Numbered from the stretch's first letter, positions 1-10,086 are shown. The stretch: DNA of 43,573 nucleotides from Bacteriovoracaceae bacterium (GCA_028287765.1 JAQBPA010000229.1:1-43573), one strand, 5' to 3'. The notes: a model not told the origin generated them from the sequence alone. Numbers and translations are program-made.

Positions 1-23
1 AATTACTGCCTGTAGATTCGCGG

Positions 24-56
24 ATTGAGCAACTAGCTCAATTTCTTGGTTTTTTT
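24..56 (+). terminator. Possible intrinsic terminator of the upstream gene
   Basis: 7-bp inverted repeat ATTGAGC-aacta-GCTCAAT (24-42) followed by a T-rich tract; the stem is weak and AT-rich. Confidence 0.25.
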
Positions 57-121
57 ACCGAATTCTTAAACTTTTGATCGACAATCTCTTGAAACAATAG
101 TTTTTTTCATAGATTAGCCTT

Positions 122-640
122 ATGGGAAAGAGACCTTCGATTAAAACGACCAAATCTACTTTTTTAAAGCAAAAGCCTGTGGCCTCTTCGAGTGAAAAAA
201 TTCCTGAGGAAACTATTCGTAAGCTTTCAGAGATCTTGAAGACTACCGATCTTGCTGAAATTGAAATTCGAATCGGTGAGATGACGGTTCGCGTTCGGGC
301 TCGAGAGGAAGTGGTGTCGCATTCTGTTCCTTCAGTAAATTTGGTAAGTGCGACGGCGACCATTGTTCCAAAGGTTCAAAAGGCGCCTGAGGCTGTCTCT
401 GATCTTCATATTGTTCGTTCTCCTTTTATTGGTACTTTTTATCGATCTCCCTCGCCTTCTAGTCCTTCGTTTGTTGAACTCGGGCAAGCGGTTGCTAAGG
501 GACAATCTCTTTGTATTGTTGAAGCGATGAAGCTTATGAACGAAATTGAATCGGATTCGGCGGGGATTATTGAGAAGATTTTTGTGGAGAACGGAAGTCC
601 TGTTGAATTTAATTCTGCACTTTTCGGGATCCGAAAGTAA
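122..640 (+). CDS. accB: Acetyl-CoA carboxylase biotin carboxyl carrier protein
   Basis: EAMKLMNEI biotinylation motif; RSPFIGTFYRSPSP; directly upstream of biotin carboxylase. Confidence 0.97.
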   Translation: MGKRPSIKTTKSTFLKQKPVASSSEKIPEETIRKLSEILKTTDLAEIEIRIGEMTVRVRAREEVVSHSVPSVNLVSATATIVPKVQKAPEAVSDLHIVRSPFIGTFYRSPSPSSPSFVELGQAVAKGQSLCIVEAMKLMNEIESDSAGIIEKIFVENGSPVEFNSALFGIRK

Positions 641-1998
641 TGGCTTTTAAAAAAGTCCTCATTGCTAATCGCGGAGAGATTGCTCTTCGCATTCAACGTG
701 CATGCCATGAGCTTGGACTCGCGACCGTATGCGTTTATTCGACGGCCGACGCTGAATCCTTACATGTAAAATTTGCCGATGAATCGGTTTGTATTGGTCC
801 GCCTTCTCCGCGCGAGAGCTATTTAAATATTCACGCTCTTCTTTCTGCTGCAGAAGTGACCGGAGCGGATGCTGTGCATCCGGGTTATGGATTTTTATCA
901 GAGAATGCTCAGTTTGCGCGAGCTTGCCAGGAAATGGGTCTGACCTTTATTGGACCTTCACCGGATGCTATCGAGCGAATGGGTCATAAGATTGTCGCCA
1001 AAGAAACAGTTCACTCTGCCGGAGTTCCGCTTTTTCCGAGTGTGAAACTTGTCGATTCGAAAGGAAAAATTCGCTCGGAAAGTGATTTAAAAAAGAAAGT
1101 AGAAGAGATTGGTTATCCCGTCTTGATTAAAGCTGCCATGGGGGGCGGTGGTCGAGGAATGAAAGTTGTTCGATCGGCGGAGGAACTTCTTCGGGCTCTG
1201 GATGTTGCTCGCTCTGAAAGTAAATCGGCTTTTGGAAGTGAAGAAGTTTATATCGAAAAATATTGTGAACAGCCTCGTCATATCGAATTCCAAATTTTAG
1301 CAGATCAATTTGGTCATATGGTTCATTTGGGAGAGCGAGACTGCTCTATTCAAAGACGTCATCAAAAACTTTTGGAAGAGACGCCGAGTCCTGCACTTAC
1401 ACCGCTGCTTCGAGAAAAAATGGCGGCTGCTTCTCTGGCTGCCGCGAAAGCTGTCAATTATTTTAGCGTCGGGACGATTGAATTCATTTTAGATTCGGAC
1501 CAAAAATTTTATTTTCTGGAGATGAATACGCGAATTCAAGTCGAACATCCTGTCACCGAGATGGTGACGGGAGTGGATCTTGTGCGTGAGCAAATTCTTG
1601 TCGCGCTTGGTGAAAAACTCACTCTCAAACAACCGGACATTAAATTTTCAGGTCATTCGATCGAATGTCGCATTACGGCTGAAGATCCTAAAACCTTTGC
1701 TCCAAGTCCTGGCCGGGTGACGCACTTTCATCCGCCGATGGGAAAAGGCGTTCGGCTGGAATCTTCTTTTTATTCGGATTACTTGGTTTCGCCTTATTAC
1801 GACTCCCTTCTCTGTAAGCTCATCGTTCATGATGAAACGAGACCGCTAGCCATTGCTAGGATGCGAGAAGCATTGAAAGAATTCATTATTAGGGGTGTCA
1901 AAACTACGATACCTCTTCATCTAGAAATCTTGGATTCTCCGGATTTCATCTCCGGAAAATATGATACGCGGTATTTAAGTCTGCCCAGGGCCGCCTAG
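640..1998 (+). CDS. accC: Acetyl-CoA carboxylase, biotin carboxylase subunit
   Basis: KVLIANRGEIA, HPGYGFLSEN, GGGGRGM, ERDCSIQRRHQK, EMNTRIQVEHPVTE; TAATG coupling to accB. Confidence 0.98.
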   Translation: MAFKKVLIANRGEIALRIQRACHELGLATVCVYSTADAESLHVKFADESVCIGPPSPRESYLNIHALLSAAEVTGADAVHPGYGFLSENAQFARACQEMGLTFIGPSPDAIERMGHKIVAKETVHSAGVPLFPSVKLVDSKGKIRSESDLKKKVEEIGYPVLIKAAMGGGGRGMKVVRSAEELLRALDVARSESKSAFGSEEVYIEKYCEQPRHIEFQILADQFGHMVHLGERDCSIQRRHQKLLEETPSPALTPLLREKMAAASLAAAKAVNYFSVGTIEFILDSDQKFYFLEMNTRIQVEHPVTEMVTGVDLVREQILVALGEKLTLKQPDIKFSGHSIECRITAEDPKTFAPSPGRVTHFHPPMGKGVRLESSFYSDYLVSPYYDSLLCKLIVHDETRPLAIARMREALKEFIIRGVKTTIPLHLEILDSPDFISGKYDTRYLSLPRAA

Positions 1999-2130
1999 AT
2001 CTTCTGCCGCAGAGCACCAATTCACAAAAAGTAGTAAAATAAGAAAGTTATAGACGCTCTCGTGACTTCCTAGGGGATATGCAAATTAGTCATTTTTGTG
2101 GGCGTGCTATGAATTTTTTTTGGGGGAAAC

Positions 2131-4695
2131 TTGGACAAGCTTAAGATCTTTGCTGCCGTTGAGAAAGCTATCCAAAAGGGTCAAAGCGATAAAGCCCTTG
2201 AGGGATTGGAGCAAATTCTTAAATCCGATCCTGTCGAATTGAAGGCGCTCAATCGAGCGGCAGATCTTTATCTCAAAGAAGAAAATTTTGAAAAGGCTGT
2301 CGAATACTTGAAGCGAATTGGCGCTGTTTATTCGAAGGATGGCTTTTATAGTAAAGCGGTTGCTGTTTATAAACGAATTTTAAAAATAGATCAGATCACT
2401 TCTAAAACGACAATCATGGCTGTTCATGAGCAGCTTGCAAATCTTTACGGTCAACTGGGTTTGATCTCAGACGCTATGAGCCACTTCTCGATTGTTGTCG
2501 ATTACTATGATCAGTCTGGCGATCAAGTGGCTCTTCTTGAGGCACTCAAAAAAGTTTCTGATCTAGATCCCAATAATATCGAGAGCCAACTTAAACTTTG
2601 CGAATTACTTTTAGCGCAGAATCGAGAAGCCGAGGCGCAAGAGTGTCTAGATCGTTTGACGGAAACAGTGAATTCAAAAAAGAGCACGATCGATATGATT
2701 CGCGTTTACGAGCGTGCGTCTGAATTATTTCCAAAAGATACTTCACGACTCCAATCCGTGACTGAACTTTATATCAAAGCCAATGAGCCGAAGAAGGCTC
2801 TCGCCAAGATTCAAGTTTCGTTTCGGGCAGACTCACGAAATCCAGCCATTTTAGAACTTCTTTCCATGACTTTTTTAGCGATGAAGCAGCCCGATAAATC
2901 AAAAGCAGTGGATGTCGAGCTCATTAAGCTTTATCGCCAGAACGGCGATAACGATAAAATTTTTGCAGTTGAGTCTCGAATTAAAGGCCGTCCACTTGTA
3001 GAAAAATCAACTCCCGAAGCGCAGTCTATGAAAGCTTCTGCACCGGTTGTTGATGAGGCGGTAGATCCGGTTGAATCGTTAATTAAGGCACTGCCTTTGA
3101 GTACGGACGAAAAGAAAATATTATCGGAATGTGAAGTTTACTTTAAGTACGGCCTTGCAGAAAAAGCCTATGAAGTTTTAATGGCTAGGCTTTCGCAATT
3201 CCCCAAATCTCTCATCCTCAGATGGAAGCTCAAGAACAGTACTCAAGAACTCAAGAAGACTGACGAAACGGTCCATCTTTTAAGCGAAATTATTTTGCTC
3301 GCAAAAAGTCAGAATATGGAAATCTGGGCCAATGTCGCAGCTGCAGAATTAAAGTTACTTGATTCAAATCATGCCGCCCTCGCAGGCTTCGTCAACAAAG
3401 CTGCTCCCGCCGTTCCTGCTCCCACAAATGACATTCCAAAAGTGAGCGCAAAAAATCCTCCTGCGTCCAAAAAGGAAAAAGTAGCTGCTGCCGCTGAAGA
3501 GTTTTCTTTCAGTGACTTCGAAAATTCAGAAGTTTCAATCGTCATCGATGAAGAGCTTTCAGAAGACCATTCCGAATTTTCGGAGATTTCATTTCAAGAT
3601 TTAAATCCAGAGCAGGAAAAAAGTAAGAAAAATCGCTTATCAGAAGTTGCGCTAGACTTGACGGAAGAAGTTGTAGAAGAACCCCCAACTCCCGCTCTCG
3701 AAGATAAGTCATTCGAGGTCATGAATGATGAACCCGTTGAAAGCATTTTGTCTGAATCTGATTTTACGGACGATGAATTAAATCAATTGGACGGACAACT
3801 TTCTTCCGAAGATAAGACAGTGAAGGCCGAACCAACTCCGTCGAAGAAAGTCGCAGCCGTTACGGGTAGCGAAGAACTTTCGGCTCCGCTAGATTTAGAA
3901 GCGTATTCCGACGAAAAACCTGAGGTGTTAGCCGACGATGAATTTGAAATTCGTCAGGGAATAGAAGAAATTTCTTTTTTTAGAACACAGGGCTTAAATG
4001 ATGAAGCAGAGACTCTTCTGAAGGGGCTCAAAGATAAATTTCCTCATCATAAAGATTGGAAGGGCGCAGACGCTAGGAGTTCTAATATTTCTCGCAATCC
4101 GAATGGAACAGCTTCCGCTAATAAATTAAATAAAAAGGTTCATGAAGTCGAAACTTTAGGACGCAAAGTAAAACTCTCCGTTCAAGAAGATTCACGACAA
4201 GAAAAAGATGGCGACTTTTTTGATCTCGCCGGAGAACTCGATCGAGAGCTCGCATCAGGAGCGCAACAAGCTCCCGCTGAAATTAAAGAAATTTTTAATG
4301 CGTTTAAAAAAGGTGTTTCTGAGACAATCTCTGCTGATGATTGGCAGGCTCACTTTGATTTGGGAATAGCTTACCGGGAGATGGGACTCTATGACGATGC
4401 TATCGACGAATTTACCCTCGTTTCTCAAATAGCTGAGCAAAAAGTATCAGCTCTTTATCAAATAGGCCTTACGCAAATGTCGATGTCGAAATATCAAGAG
4501 GCTAAAAATTGTTTTGATCAAGCTCTCAAAGAACCTGGAATGGTGAGCCAAGAAAAGTTAAGTGTTTCTTATGAGCTCGGTGAAGTTTTGCTAAAATTAA
4601 ATGCTCGAGATAAAGCCAAAGAACTTTTCGAACAAGTTAAAAAAATAGATCCCGACTTCAGAGAAGTAGAAGAAAAAATCAAAGCTTTGGGCTAA
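2131..4695 (+). CDS. Large tetratricopeptide-repeat protein, SgmX/Bd2492-like architecture
   Basis: N-terminal TPR array, long acidic low-complexity linker, C-terminal TPRs (AHFDLGIAYREMGLYDDAIDEF); TTG start after a GGGGG RBS. Confidence 0.75.
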   Translation: MDKLKIFAAVEKAIQKGQSDKALEGLEQILKSDPVELKALNRAADLYLKEENFEKAVEYLKRIGAVYSKDGFYSKAVAVYKRILKIDQITSKTTIMAVHEQLANLYGQLGLISDAMSHFSIVVDYYDQSGDQVALLEALKKVSDLDPNNIESQLKLCELLLAQNREAEAQECLDRLTETVNSKKSTIDMIRVYERASELFPKDTSRLQSVTELYIKANEPKKALAKIQVSFRADSRNPAILELLSMTFLAMKQPDKSKAVDVELIKLYRQNGDNDKIFAVESRIKGRPLVEKSTPEAQSMKASAPVVDEAVDPVESLIKALPLSTDEKKILSECEVYFKYGLAEKAYEVLMARLSQFPKSLILRWKLKNSTQELKKTDETVHLLSEIILLAKSQNMEIWANVAAAELKLLDSNHAALAGFVNKAAPAVPAPTNDIPKVSAKNPPASKKEKVAAAAEEFSFSDFENSEVSIVIDEELSEDHSEFSEISFQDLNPEQEKSKKNRLSEVALDLTEEVVEEPPTPALEDKSFEVMNDEPVESILSESDFTDDELNQLDGQLSSEDKTVKAEPTPSKKVAAVTGSEELSAPLDLEAYSDEKPEVLADDEFEIRQGIEEISFFRTQGLNDEAETLLKGLKDKFPHHKDWKGADARSSNISRNPNGTASANKLNKKVHEVETLGRKVKLSVQEDSRQEKDGDFFDLAGELDRELASGAQQAPAEIKEIFNAFKKGVSETISADDWQAHFDLGIAYREMGLYDDAIDEFTLVSQIAEQKVSALYQIGLTQMSMSKYQEAKNCFDQALKEPGMVSQEKLSVSYELGEVLLKLNARDKAKELFEQVKKIDPDFREVEEKIKALG

Positions 4696-4707
4696 ACCAA
4701 ATTACTT

Positions 4708-5535
4708 TCACTCTAGAAAAGCTTCTTTAATCCAAACAATTTCACCCTTCGTATTGACGGCAACTGCCTGACGATATCGAGCCCCCATATATCCAGAATC
4801 ACCTTGAAATAGGGTAAGAGGAGCGTTGGTCTCATTCCAAAGCTCATCAGAAGGGCCAAAAGGAATATCTTCATTTGGCTGAAGGGTTGCGGGCGTCGGG
4901 GAGAAACTAATAAACGTATGATTTTTTGACATCAAATAACCTAGAAGCGCCGTTTTTGCTGTCGCGACGTACGCATTTGTGGGGACTTCAACTACTGCAG
5001 GTTGTGGCGACTCAATAGGAAGCCATTTTGTTTTAATTTCAAAATGGTAAGCCTTCGCAGCATCGCTACTAAATTGCATTCTCCCTTCATTATAGAGTTT
5101 AACTTTGCCGAGAAATTCGTATGGCGACGGGTTAAGTTTGTTATAAATCCAAAATCCCGTTTCAGTCTCACCTGTTCTTCTCCATGCCCATCCTGGTTTT
5201 ATGAAAACTTCTGCTTTTAATAGATCATTAGCTGCTGCGTCTTGCCTAATATTTTCAGTAGGAGCTTTGAGTGACATCAGAATCCCGCCTGTTCCTTTTA
5301 GCGTGATGTCATAAAGCGCTCCCTGTCTGGTAGAAAAGGTTTTTGTAACTAGTGGGACGCCAACTTCGTTAAGTACCTTCACTTCCAAAACGTATTCCAA
5401 TTTTCTCGAAGCGATCCAAGGAAGATTATTATAAAAGGCTTTTATTGTTTCCCGACATCCCGCGTCGACAGAAACTGCTGGCGATAAAACAATTGCGCCC
5501 ATGATTGCAAAACTCTTAAAAATAGATGATTTCAT
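4708..5535 (-). CDS. Hypothetical secreted protein
   Basis: 275-aa ORF with a Sec-type signal peptide (…VSVDA|GC); no recognisable domain. Confidence 0.6.
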   Translation of the reverse strand: MKSSIFKSFAIMGAIVLSPAVSVDAGCRETIKAFYNNLPWIASRKLEYVLEVKVLNEVGVPLVTKTFSTRQGALYDITLKGTGGILMSLKAPTENIRQDAAANDLLKAEVFIKPGWAWRRTGETETGFWIYNKLNPSPYEFLGKVKLYNEGRMQFSSDAAKAYHFEIKTKWLPIESPQPAVVEVPTNAYVATAKTALLGYLMSKNHTFISFSPTPATLQPNEDIPFGPSDELWNETNAPLTLFQGDSGYMGARYRQAVAVNTKGEIVWIKEAFLE

Positions 5536-5607
5536 AGATAATTTCCTTCACGGCGGAATTTACAAGCCAGCTTCGAAGAGTCAATGAAAGACAGATTTCC
5601 AGGCCTT

Positions 5608-6864
5608 TTAAAACGAGAACTTAAATCCCGCCTGAATGGATATTCCTTCTGATAGGGTAAACTCTCTATTTGATTCACCTCGCGGCACCGCTAATTCAGC
5701 CACCGCGAGCATGAAATCGTTTAAAATGATTTCCGTACTTAAAAAGCCAATTCCCGATTGGTCCATGAGTGAATGAAGATAGCGCTCGAGAAGGGTGATT
5801 CTCTTTCCGGGTCCGAGATCATTTATTCGTATGGACTGATAAAGATAATATTTTCCAGGAAGTTCTAATCCGGGATGTAATGCACGGCTCGACTCGACGC
5901 TCGTGAGAGAGCCAGAAAGGAGTGCGGTCTGAAGACTCGAGTTAAATTCACGCTTCGTAAATCCATACGAGTTGATCAAAAATTCTCCTCGAATGTCGAG
6001 CCGTCCATCAAAACGAATTCCTAAATCTGCAAGACTCTCCATTCGAGACGATTCGCTTTTTATTCTTTCTAGACTGATTCCATTTTGCGTCGTTGCCGGA
6101 TAAAAAGCATCGGAGCCGAGCGTGTGCCTCGCGTCTCCATAGACTGAAAGTCCGTCGAGTAAACCGAGACTTGCGTATTCACCGATCCACACGCGCGACT
6201 TATCGCCTTTTCCGCCGGTGAGTCCGATATAGTCGGAGCCTCCCTTTTGAAATTCAATTTTTAAGAGGCCGATATATTTTGAATCGTAGCCAGCAATCCA
6301 ATCGGGAATTTTATTATCGAAGATCTGAGTTAAAGCGATAAGACTAAAATTTTCACCGAGTGAATAATTAATTTTTAAGAGGCCTCGTCCTTTCTCGACC
6401 CAAAAAATACTCTTTTGTCTCGGATCAAAATGGATGAGGGGATTACTCGGCGTCATTAATTCTGCCGGCCCCCATTGAAAATTTTGAACTCCACCTGAAA
6501 AATTTAACGCGTCTGAAAAGGCACAACTCGCATAGAGCTGCGTGAGACTAAAATTTCTCTCAAGTCTAAATTCATTTTTTGTGAGCGGGTGCGGAATCCA
6601 TTGGGGTTGAAGCTCGAAGCGAGGTTCAGCGACGAATTTTAGATCGCGAAACGACATTTTTGCCGAAGGTCGAAGATCTAAATCGCCGGCCCACCGGGGA
6701 CTTTTAAAAACGCGGTTGTCGATATTAATAGTCGACTTTTTTTCAGCGATATATTGACCGAGCGTATAAGTTTCTAGGCCTAACTTAAAATTTAAATCCG
6801 ATACGGCTGACTTCTCTGCCGGTATTTGCAGAAGAAAAATAAATGTGAAAAAAACGGATGGCAC
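5608..6864 (-). CDS. Putative outer-membrane beta-barrel protein of the export module
   Basis: Hydrophobic N-terminus, alternating aromatic/Gly strands, C-terminal …QAGFKFSF BamA-type signature; 3 nt downstream of the LolA-like gene. Confidence 0.65.
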   Translation of the reverse strand: MPSVFFTFIFLLQIPAEKSAVSDLNFKLGLETYTLGQYIAEKKSTINIDNRVFKSPRWAGDLDLRPSAKMSFRDLKFVAEPRFELQPQWIPHPLTKNEFRLERNFSLTQLYASCAFSDALNFSGGVQNFQWGPAELMTPSNPLIHFDPRQKSIFWVEKGRGLLKINYSLGENFSLIALTQIFDNKIPDWIAGYDSKYIGLLKIEFQKGGSDYIGLTGGKGDKSRVWIGEYASLGLLDGLSVYGDARHTLGSDAFYPATTQNGISLERIKSESSRMESLADLGIRFDGRLDIRGEFLINSYGFTKREFNSSLQTALLSGSLTSVESSRALHPGLELPGKYYLYQSIRINDLGPGKRITLLERYLHSLMDQSGIGFLSTEIILNDFMLAVAELAVPRGESNREFTLSEGISIQAGFKFSF

Positions 6865-6867
6865 AAG

Positions 6868-7614
6868 CTAACGGGCGAGATTATTGATATTAAATTTACT
6901 TCCCGAAAAATCTTTTTCTTTCGGATTAACATAGGTGATGTCGCTTATGTTCTCGGCAAATTTTGAATCGGTAATTGTCATTCGACTAATAAATTGGATT
7001 TTTTGCCCGCTAGATAAAATGGAATTTCCATATTTAAAAGTCGCCACTTTAAACGGTTCGCCTTCGAGACTTAAAAATTCTGCCTTCATCGCAAGCTTCG
7101 ATTTTTCAGAAATATAATATTTGATTCGGTCGTAAGTAACTTTTTTGTCTTTGGCTTTTAAATCCAAAATAAAAACAGGCTCACCATCGATTTTTGTTTT
7201 ACCTACAATGCTTCCTTCATAATCACGTGAGTAATGGGTGGAGGCGATATCGCCATTTGCAGCCTGACCCGAAAGCCGTTGTCGCGCCGAAATGGAGATG
7301 GGCTTTCGAAGTCCCGGTTTATAAAACCACATATCGCGATCGTTAAAGAGATAGACCTCTCCTTTATTTCGCGCTGGAGAAAGTGCTTCGATGAGGGCGT
7401 CATCACCCTTTGCCTCGATACCAAACTCCCTCTCGGTCGTGCTTCCGGCCTCGATTGTTTTGAGTTGAACTTTCCATTCAAGACCCTTCAAAAGCCCGCC
7501 TCGTGCTCGGTCAGACGCCTTCAAAAGTTCTGTCGGAGAAGTTTCTGCGGCAGTTATGATTCCAGTCCATAAAAACGCGATAGCCGAAAACGCTTTAAAA
7601 TTATTCATTTTCAT
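6868..7614 (-). CDS. Outer-membrane lipoprotein-sorting (LolA-like) periplasmic protein
   Basis: Signal peptide; MWFYKPGLRKPISISARQRLSGQAANGDIA and LDLKAKDKKVTYDRIKY motifs typical of LolA-like proteins. Confidence 0.85.
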   Translation of the reverse strand: MKMNNFKAFSAIAFLWTGIITAAETSPTELLKASDRARGGLLKGLEWKVQLKTIEAGSTTEREFGIEAKGDDALIEALSPARNKGEVYLFNDRDMWFYKPGLRKPISISARQRLSGQAANGDIASTHYSRDYEGSIVGKTKIDGEPVFILDLKAKDKKVTYDRIKYYISEKSKLAMKAEFLSLEGEPFKVATFKYGNSILSSGQKIQFISRMTITDSKFAENISDITYVNPKEKDFSGSKFNINNLAR

Positions 7615-7679
7615 TCATTTCTCCGTTTTTAAAATGATTCTTCCAGCGATATGTTATTTAACACCATTGCCCTCAAATC

Positions 7680-7688
7680 TGCTATGTT
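7680..7688 (+). promoter_or_regulatory. Possible extended -10 promoter for the PPTase operon
   Basis: TG-c-TATGTT about 11 nt upstream of ATG 7700, in the divergent intergenic region. Confidence 0.25.
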
Positions 7689-7699
7689 CGGCGCACCCT

Positions 7700-8461
7700 A
7701 TGAGCGCGGTAGCCTCTTTTATTCCTTCTCACTCTTCTTGGCTCGATCGCCTTTCGCAAGAAAAAGTTCATATTTATAGAAGCAAATTTGACGATCTCTC
7801 CGAAGGACTTCTCGAGTACCTTTCACCCTCCGAAAAAATGAGAGCCGTATCAAGTCGGTCCTTTTCGAAAACTCAAAGAGAATTTGGACTGGGTCGCGGA
7901 TGGTTAAGACATCTTCTTTCCCGATATTCAAATATTCCTGCTGCGGAGCTGCGTTTGATTTTTGGAGAGAAGGGAAAGCCAGAGCTCTTTTGTAATCCTG
8001 CGCATCTTTCGTTTAATATTTCACACTCCGGCGACGAAATTTGCGCCATCATCTCTCAAAATTTAGAGGTGGGAATTGATCTTGAAGAGCTAAGCGAAAA
8101 AAAATGGAGCCCAAATCTGGCCGCCGAAATTTTATCGGAGAACGAGATCAGAGAATTCAACACATTGAATGAAAAAGAAAAAATGCGATCCTTTTTTTAT
8201 ATCTGGACGCAAAAGGAAGCTTATTTGAAAGCCATCGGAAGGGGTCTCTCGATTGCGCCGAACACGATCGAGGTGACAGTGAATCCACTTCGTTTGCCGC
8301 AACTCATCAAGAGCCTGTCGGCAGATGAGCCGAAAGAGTGGCAAATGTTTTCTCTCTTCGATTTGAAAGAATTTTACTGCATTGCAGCCGTTCGAACCTC
8401 TTCGAATCAGTTAGAGGCACCGAAAGTTATTCATTGGAAGGCAGACTCATGTCTAGATTAA
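7700..8461 (+). CDS. Sfp-type 4'-phosphopantetheinyl transferase
   Basis: GKP, FNISHS, VGIDLE and WTQKEAYLKAIGRGL motifs; start moved to ATG 7700 because the 7556 start overlaps the divergent gene. Confidence 0.93.
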   Translation: MSAVASFIPSHSSWLDRLSQEKVHIYRSKFDDLSEGLLEYLSPSEKMRAVSSRSFSKTQREFGLGRGWLRHLLSRYSNIPAAELRLIFGEKGKPELFCNPAHLSFNISHSGDEICAIISQNLEVGIDLEELSEKKWSPNLAAEILSENEIREFNTLNEKEKMRSFFYIWTQKEAYLKAIGRGLSIAPNTIEVTVNPLRLPQLIKSLSADEPKEWQMFSLFDLKEFYCIAAVRTSSNQLEAPKVIHWKADSCLD

Positions 8462-10086
8462 AAAAAATTTCCAAAGGAGATTTTTTTGAATTTTTGGAAA
8501 ATCTCTCGAAGACTTATAAAAATAATATTGCACTTTCATGTCATCAGTCGAGCGAATGGAAGCTGATTTCTTTTCGTGACCTTCATGAGCAAGTTCTAAA
8601 GACAGCTTCTCGCCTTCAGATGGCAGGCCTTAAAAAGGGCGAGCGTGTCGTTCTGCTCGGAGAGTCTTCGATCGAATGGGTGATTCATTTTTTTGCCGTG
8701 CTTTTGTCTGGCGGCATTGCGATTCCACTTGATATCAAACTTGCGGATACCGAGATGGCGAATATTTTATCGCATTCTGAACCGAGTCTTCTTTTGGCAT
8801 CACTTAAATTTCGTGAGCTCGCAAGAAATTTGCGAACTGTCCCGAAACGTGCGAGCAAAGTTTTAATTTTAAATGACGGACTTTCTGATTCTTTGATTCC
8901 TAGTCTCCCATTTAATCGAGTGAAAGTTTCTCCAGAAGATCCGGTCGTCATTTGTTATACGTCCGGCACCTCGGGATCTCCCAAGGGCGTGATGGTTCCA
9001 CTTCGCACTTTTTTATTTGAGGCGGATGCCATGGCTAATATCAGTCGCGACATTAGCACAAAGGATGTGATGCTTTCGGTTCTTCCACTCAATCATTTGT
9101 TTGGGCTTGGCAGCGGACTTCTTTTTTCGCTCCGCTGTGGAATGGAATTTTGTATGGCCCATGATCTAAGCCCGGATGCGATTGTTTTTTGTTTTAAATC
9201 TCGTCGCGTCACTCATTTTCAAGTCGTTCCGCTTTTTTTGAAACTGATGATGCGTGAAATCCAGCGAAAGTCGCATGAGCGAATGGGTGAACTTAAATTC
9301 CGCTCCATTCTGAAATCAGCGAAGCTTCTAAGATTTAATACGTTAAAAAAAATGGCATTCAAAAAAATTCATGAACCCTTTGGTGGAACGCTGAAACGTT
9401 TTGTGTGCGGCGGCTCGGAACTTGATCCTCAGATTTTTGATTTTTTCTCGGCCATCGGCACGCCTATTTATAACGGCTATGGTCTTACGGAGACCGGCCC
9501 TGTTATTGCGACGAATGCTCCCAAACGGAATCGCCGAGGCTCTGTTGGCCTGCCGCTTCCCGGCGTCAAAGTGAAAATAGCAAACGGCGAAATTATAACC
9601 AAGGGTCCTCATCTCATGCTCGGCTATTACAGAAATTCGGAGCTCAGTCGTGAATCCATGGATGACAAGGGATGGTTTTATACGGGAGATATGGGCTATC
9701 TCGACAAAAAGGGATTTTTATATCTGAACGGTCGTAAAAAAAATCTTGTCGTTTTAAGTAACGGAAAAAAAATTCATCCCGAAGAAGTGGAATCTGCACT
9801 CTCGAAAACTTCCTCCATTAAAGAAATTTGTGTGGTGGGTCTTCCCTCGTCTTCTGAACTCGGGGAAAAAATTGTAGCCATCGTCATTCCTGCTGAGAAT
9901 TCTTCCGAATCGGACGTACGAGCAGAGATCGCGAGACTTTCAAATGACCTTGCGACCTATAAACGTCCGAGTGAGATTATTATTCGTCGCGAATCTTTTC
10001 CAGTTACAGCATCCATGAAAATTAAACGGCATCTGGTCAAAGATGAACTTCTTCAAACAAGTCTTGGAGCACGTAAAGGTGCATAA
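8449..10086 (+). CDS. AMP-binding long-chain acyl-CoA/acyl-ACP ligase
   Basis: YTSGTSGSPKG, GYGLTE, TGDMG, GRKKNLVV, SMKIKR; likely start ATG 8449, overlapping the PPTase end. Confidence 0.92.
   Translation: MSRLKKISKGDFFEFLENLSKTYKNNIALSCHQSSEWKLISFRDLHEQVLKTASRLQMAGLKKGERVVLLGESSIEWVIHFFAVLLSGGIAIPLDIKLADTEMANILSHSEPSLLLASLKFRELARNLRTVPKRASKVLILNDGLSDSLIPSLPFNRVKVSPEDPVVICYTSGTSGSPKGVMVPLRTFLFEADAMANISRDISTKDVMLSVLPLNHLFGLGSGLLFSLRCGMEFCMAHDLSPDAIVFCFKSRRVTHFQVVPLFLKLMMREIQRKSHERMGELKFRSILKSAKLLRFNTLKKMAFKKIHEPFGGTLKRFVCGGSELDPQIFDFFSAIGTPIYNGYGLTETGPVIATNAPKRNRRGSVGLPLPGVKVKIANGEIITKGPHLMLGYYRNSELSRESMDDKGWFYTGDMGYLDKKGFLYLNGRKKNLVVLSNGKKIHPEEVESALSKTSSIKEICVVGLPSSSELGEKIVAIVIPAENSSESDVRAEIARLSNDLATYKRPSEIIIRRESFPVTASMKIKRHLVKDELLQTSLGARKGA

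Noticed and set aside
7556-7699. N-terminal extension of the PPTase (similarly at 8338, 19079, 25340, 25629, 24693)
   Set aside because: These are longest-ORF artefacts; most overlap neighbouring genes, and downstream starts match family N-termini or have an RBS
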